A stretch of DNA of 62,615 bases, the filler included, from Choristocarpus tenellus KU-1152 (lineage: Eukaryota; Protista; Phaeophyceae): assembly GCA_964200185.2 (NCBI GenBank). It is 7 parts of 7 records of this genome, joined end to end, with 100 filler letters (N's around TTAATTAATTAA, not from the genome) between each part and the next. Parts side by side here need not be neighbours in the genome. Positions count along the whole stretch, not along the records: positions 56,335 to 62,615 come from CAXNAD020008490.1; 6 more parts are not named here. One strand, given 5' to 3'. The position numbers and the translations under genes are program-made. Positions 62,050 through 62,615 of the stretch are shown here, in pieces. Within the stretch, counting starts at the first letter, position 1. Each line of letters opens with the position of its first letter. Below the pieces are notes generated by a model. That model did not search any database and was not told where the DNA came from. It worked only from the letters and a program-made list of their open reading frames with translations.

Positions 62050-62615
62050 TGTTGAAACCTGAATCACGTTTTGCGAAGGGGAATCGTGTGAGGCTCATAA
62101 CCTGTCGAATGCATCGTACATGTAAGCAAAATGCGTAGACTACTAGCGATGAGGAATCATAGTGTTGCAAAGCACCGACACGTAGTCTATGTTATGGATA
62201 GGTGTGATTGTGCTGCAAAGCACCAATGAATTTATTCTGTTGTAACTAAGTCAAGAATGATGGGATGTGAATTCAGTATTCTTGGTTGCTCAATCCAGAA
62301 GGATGTGAATTCAGTGTTCTTTCATGAGATACTCAGCGAAAGAAGTCCATGCTCTGTGAGAGGCTTGTTACCTTGGCTGGCAAGGGTTTTCCGCGGATGG
62401 TGTTAACTCTGATAACATTACATCCATGTGTGTGTTTGGTAGACAGTTTGCAGAGTGACTTTGGTACAATTTGAGGGATCAATGGCAGTCACGAAAGAAA
62501 ATAATAATCAACCGTCAACGTACAACTGTCAAAATTGAAACATGTGATGCAACTCAAGTGACGTACACTATACTATACTATTTGTGTGGAACGCAGAGCG
62601 ACTGTTCTGTACTAA
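62050..62615 (-). mobile_element. Diverged LTR family copy on the minus strand
   Basis: TGTTGAAACCTGA at 62050 equals the reverse complement of the solo-LTR end TCAGGTTTCAACA; further matches AACAGAATAAATTCAT..GTGCTTTG and AAGGT.ACAAGCCTCT. Confidence 0.75.
62063..62102 (+). pseudogene. 5' half of a tRNA-iMet(CAT)-like sequence inserted in an LTR
   Basis: ATCACGTTTT-GCGA-AGGGGAA-TCGT-G-TGAGG-CTCATAA-CC: paired D-stem (GCGA/TCGT), iMet-like D-loop, anticodon loop CTCATAA; stops 2-3 nt into the 3' anticodon stem with no T-arm. Confidence 0.75.

Noticed and set aside
62063-62135. Functional tRNA-Met gene
   Set aside because: No 3' anticodon stem completion, T-arm or acceptor 3' strand; only the 5' half is present.

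Overview
Eukaryotic, intron-rich, TE-littered genomic DNA, probably from a stramenopile such as a brown alga (inferred from gene architecture, TTAGGG-type repeats and TE types). It is not one locus: seven contigs are concatenated with artificial 100-bp linkers (44 N + TTAATTAATTAA + 44 N), so neighbourhood across linkers is meaningless. Three partial spliced genes can be built on the minus strand: a mitochondrial Mn superoxide dismutase, a PH-domain + DUF547 protein, and a glycolate oxidase with a GC-AG intron. The rest is mostly TE debris: a full-length TA-flanked DD39D-type mariner and a second relic, an IS630/Tc1-like transposase relic, a chromodomain-bearing Ty3/Gypsy element, an internally deleted Ty1/Copia element with a half-tRNA(iMet) primer site, an LTR family (one solo LTR with a perfect 5-bp TSD), two related MITE families (11 copies or fragments), minisatellites and an Illumina adapter remnant. 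The most unusual signal is a 40-nt 5' half of an initiator-Met-like tRNA sitting 13 bp inside the end of an LTR copy (62063-62102). Its last 14 nt are identical to the Copia primer site at 19491-19504, so it looks like a genomic fossil of a half-tRNA reverse-transcription primer. All reading was done by eye; no searches were run.
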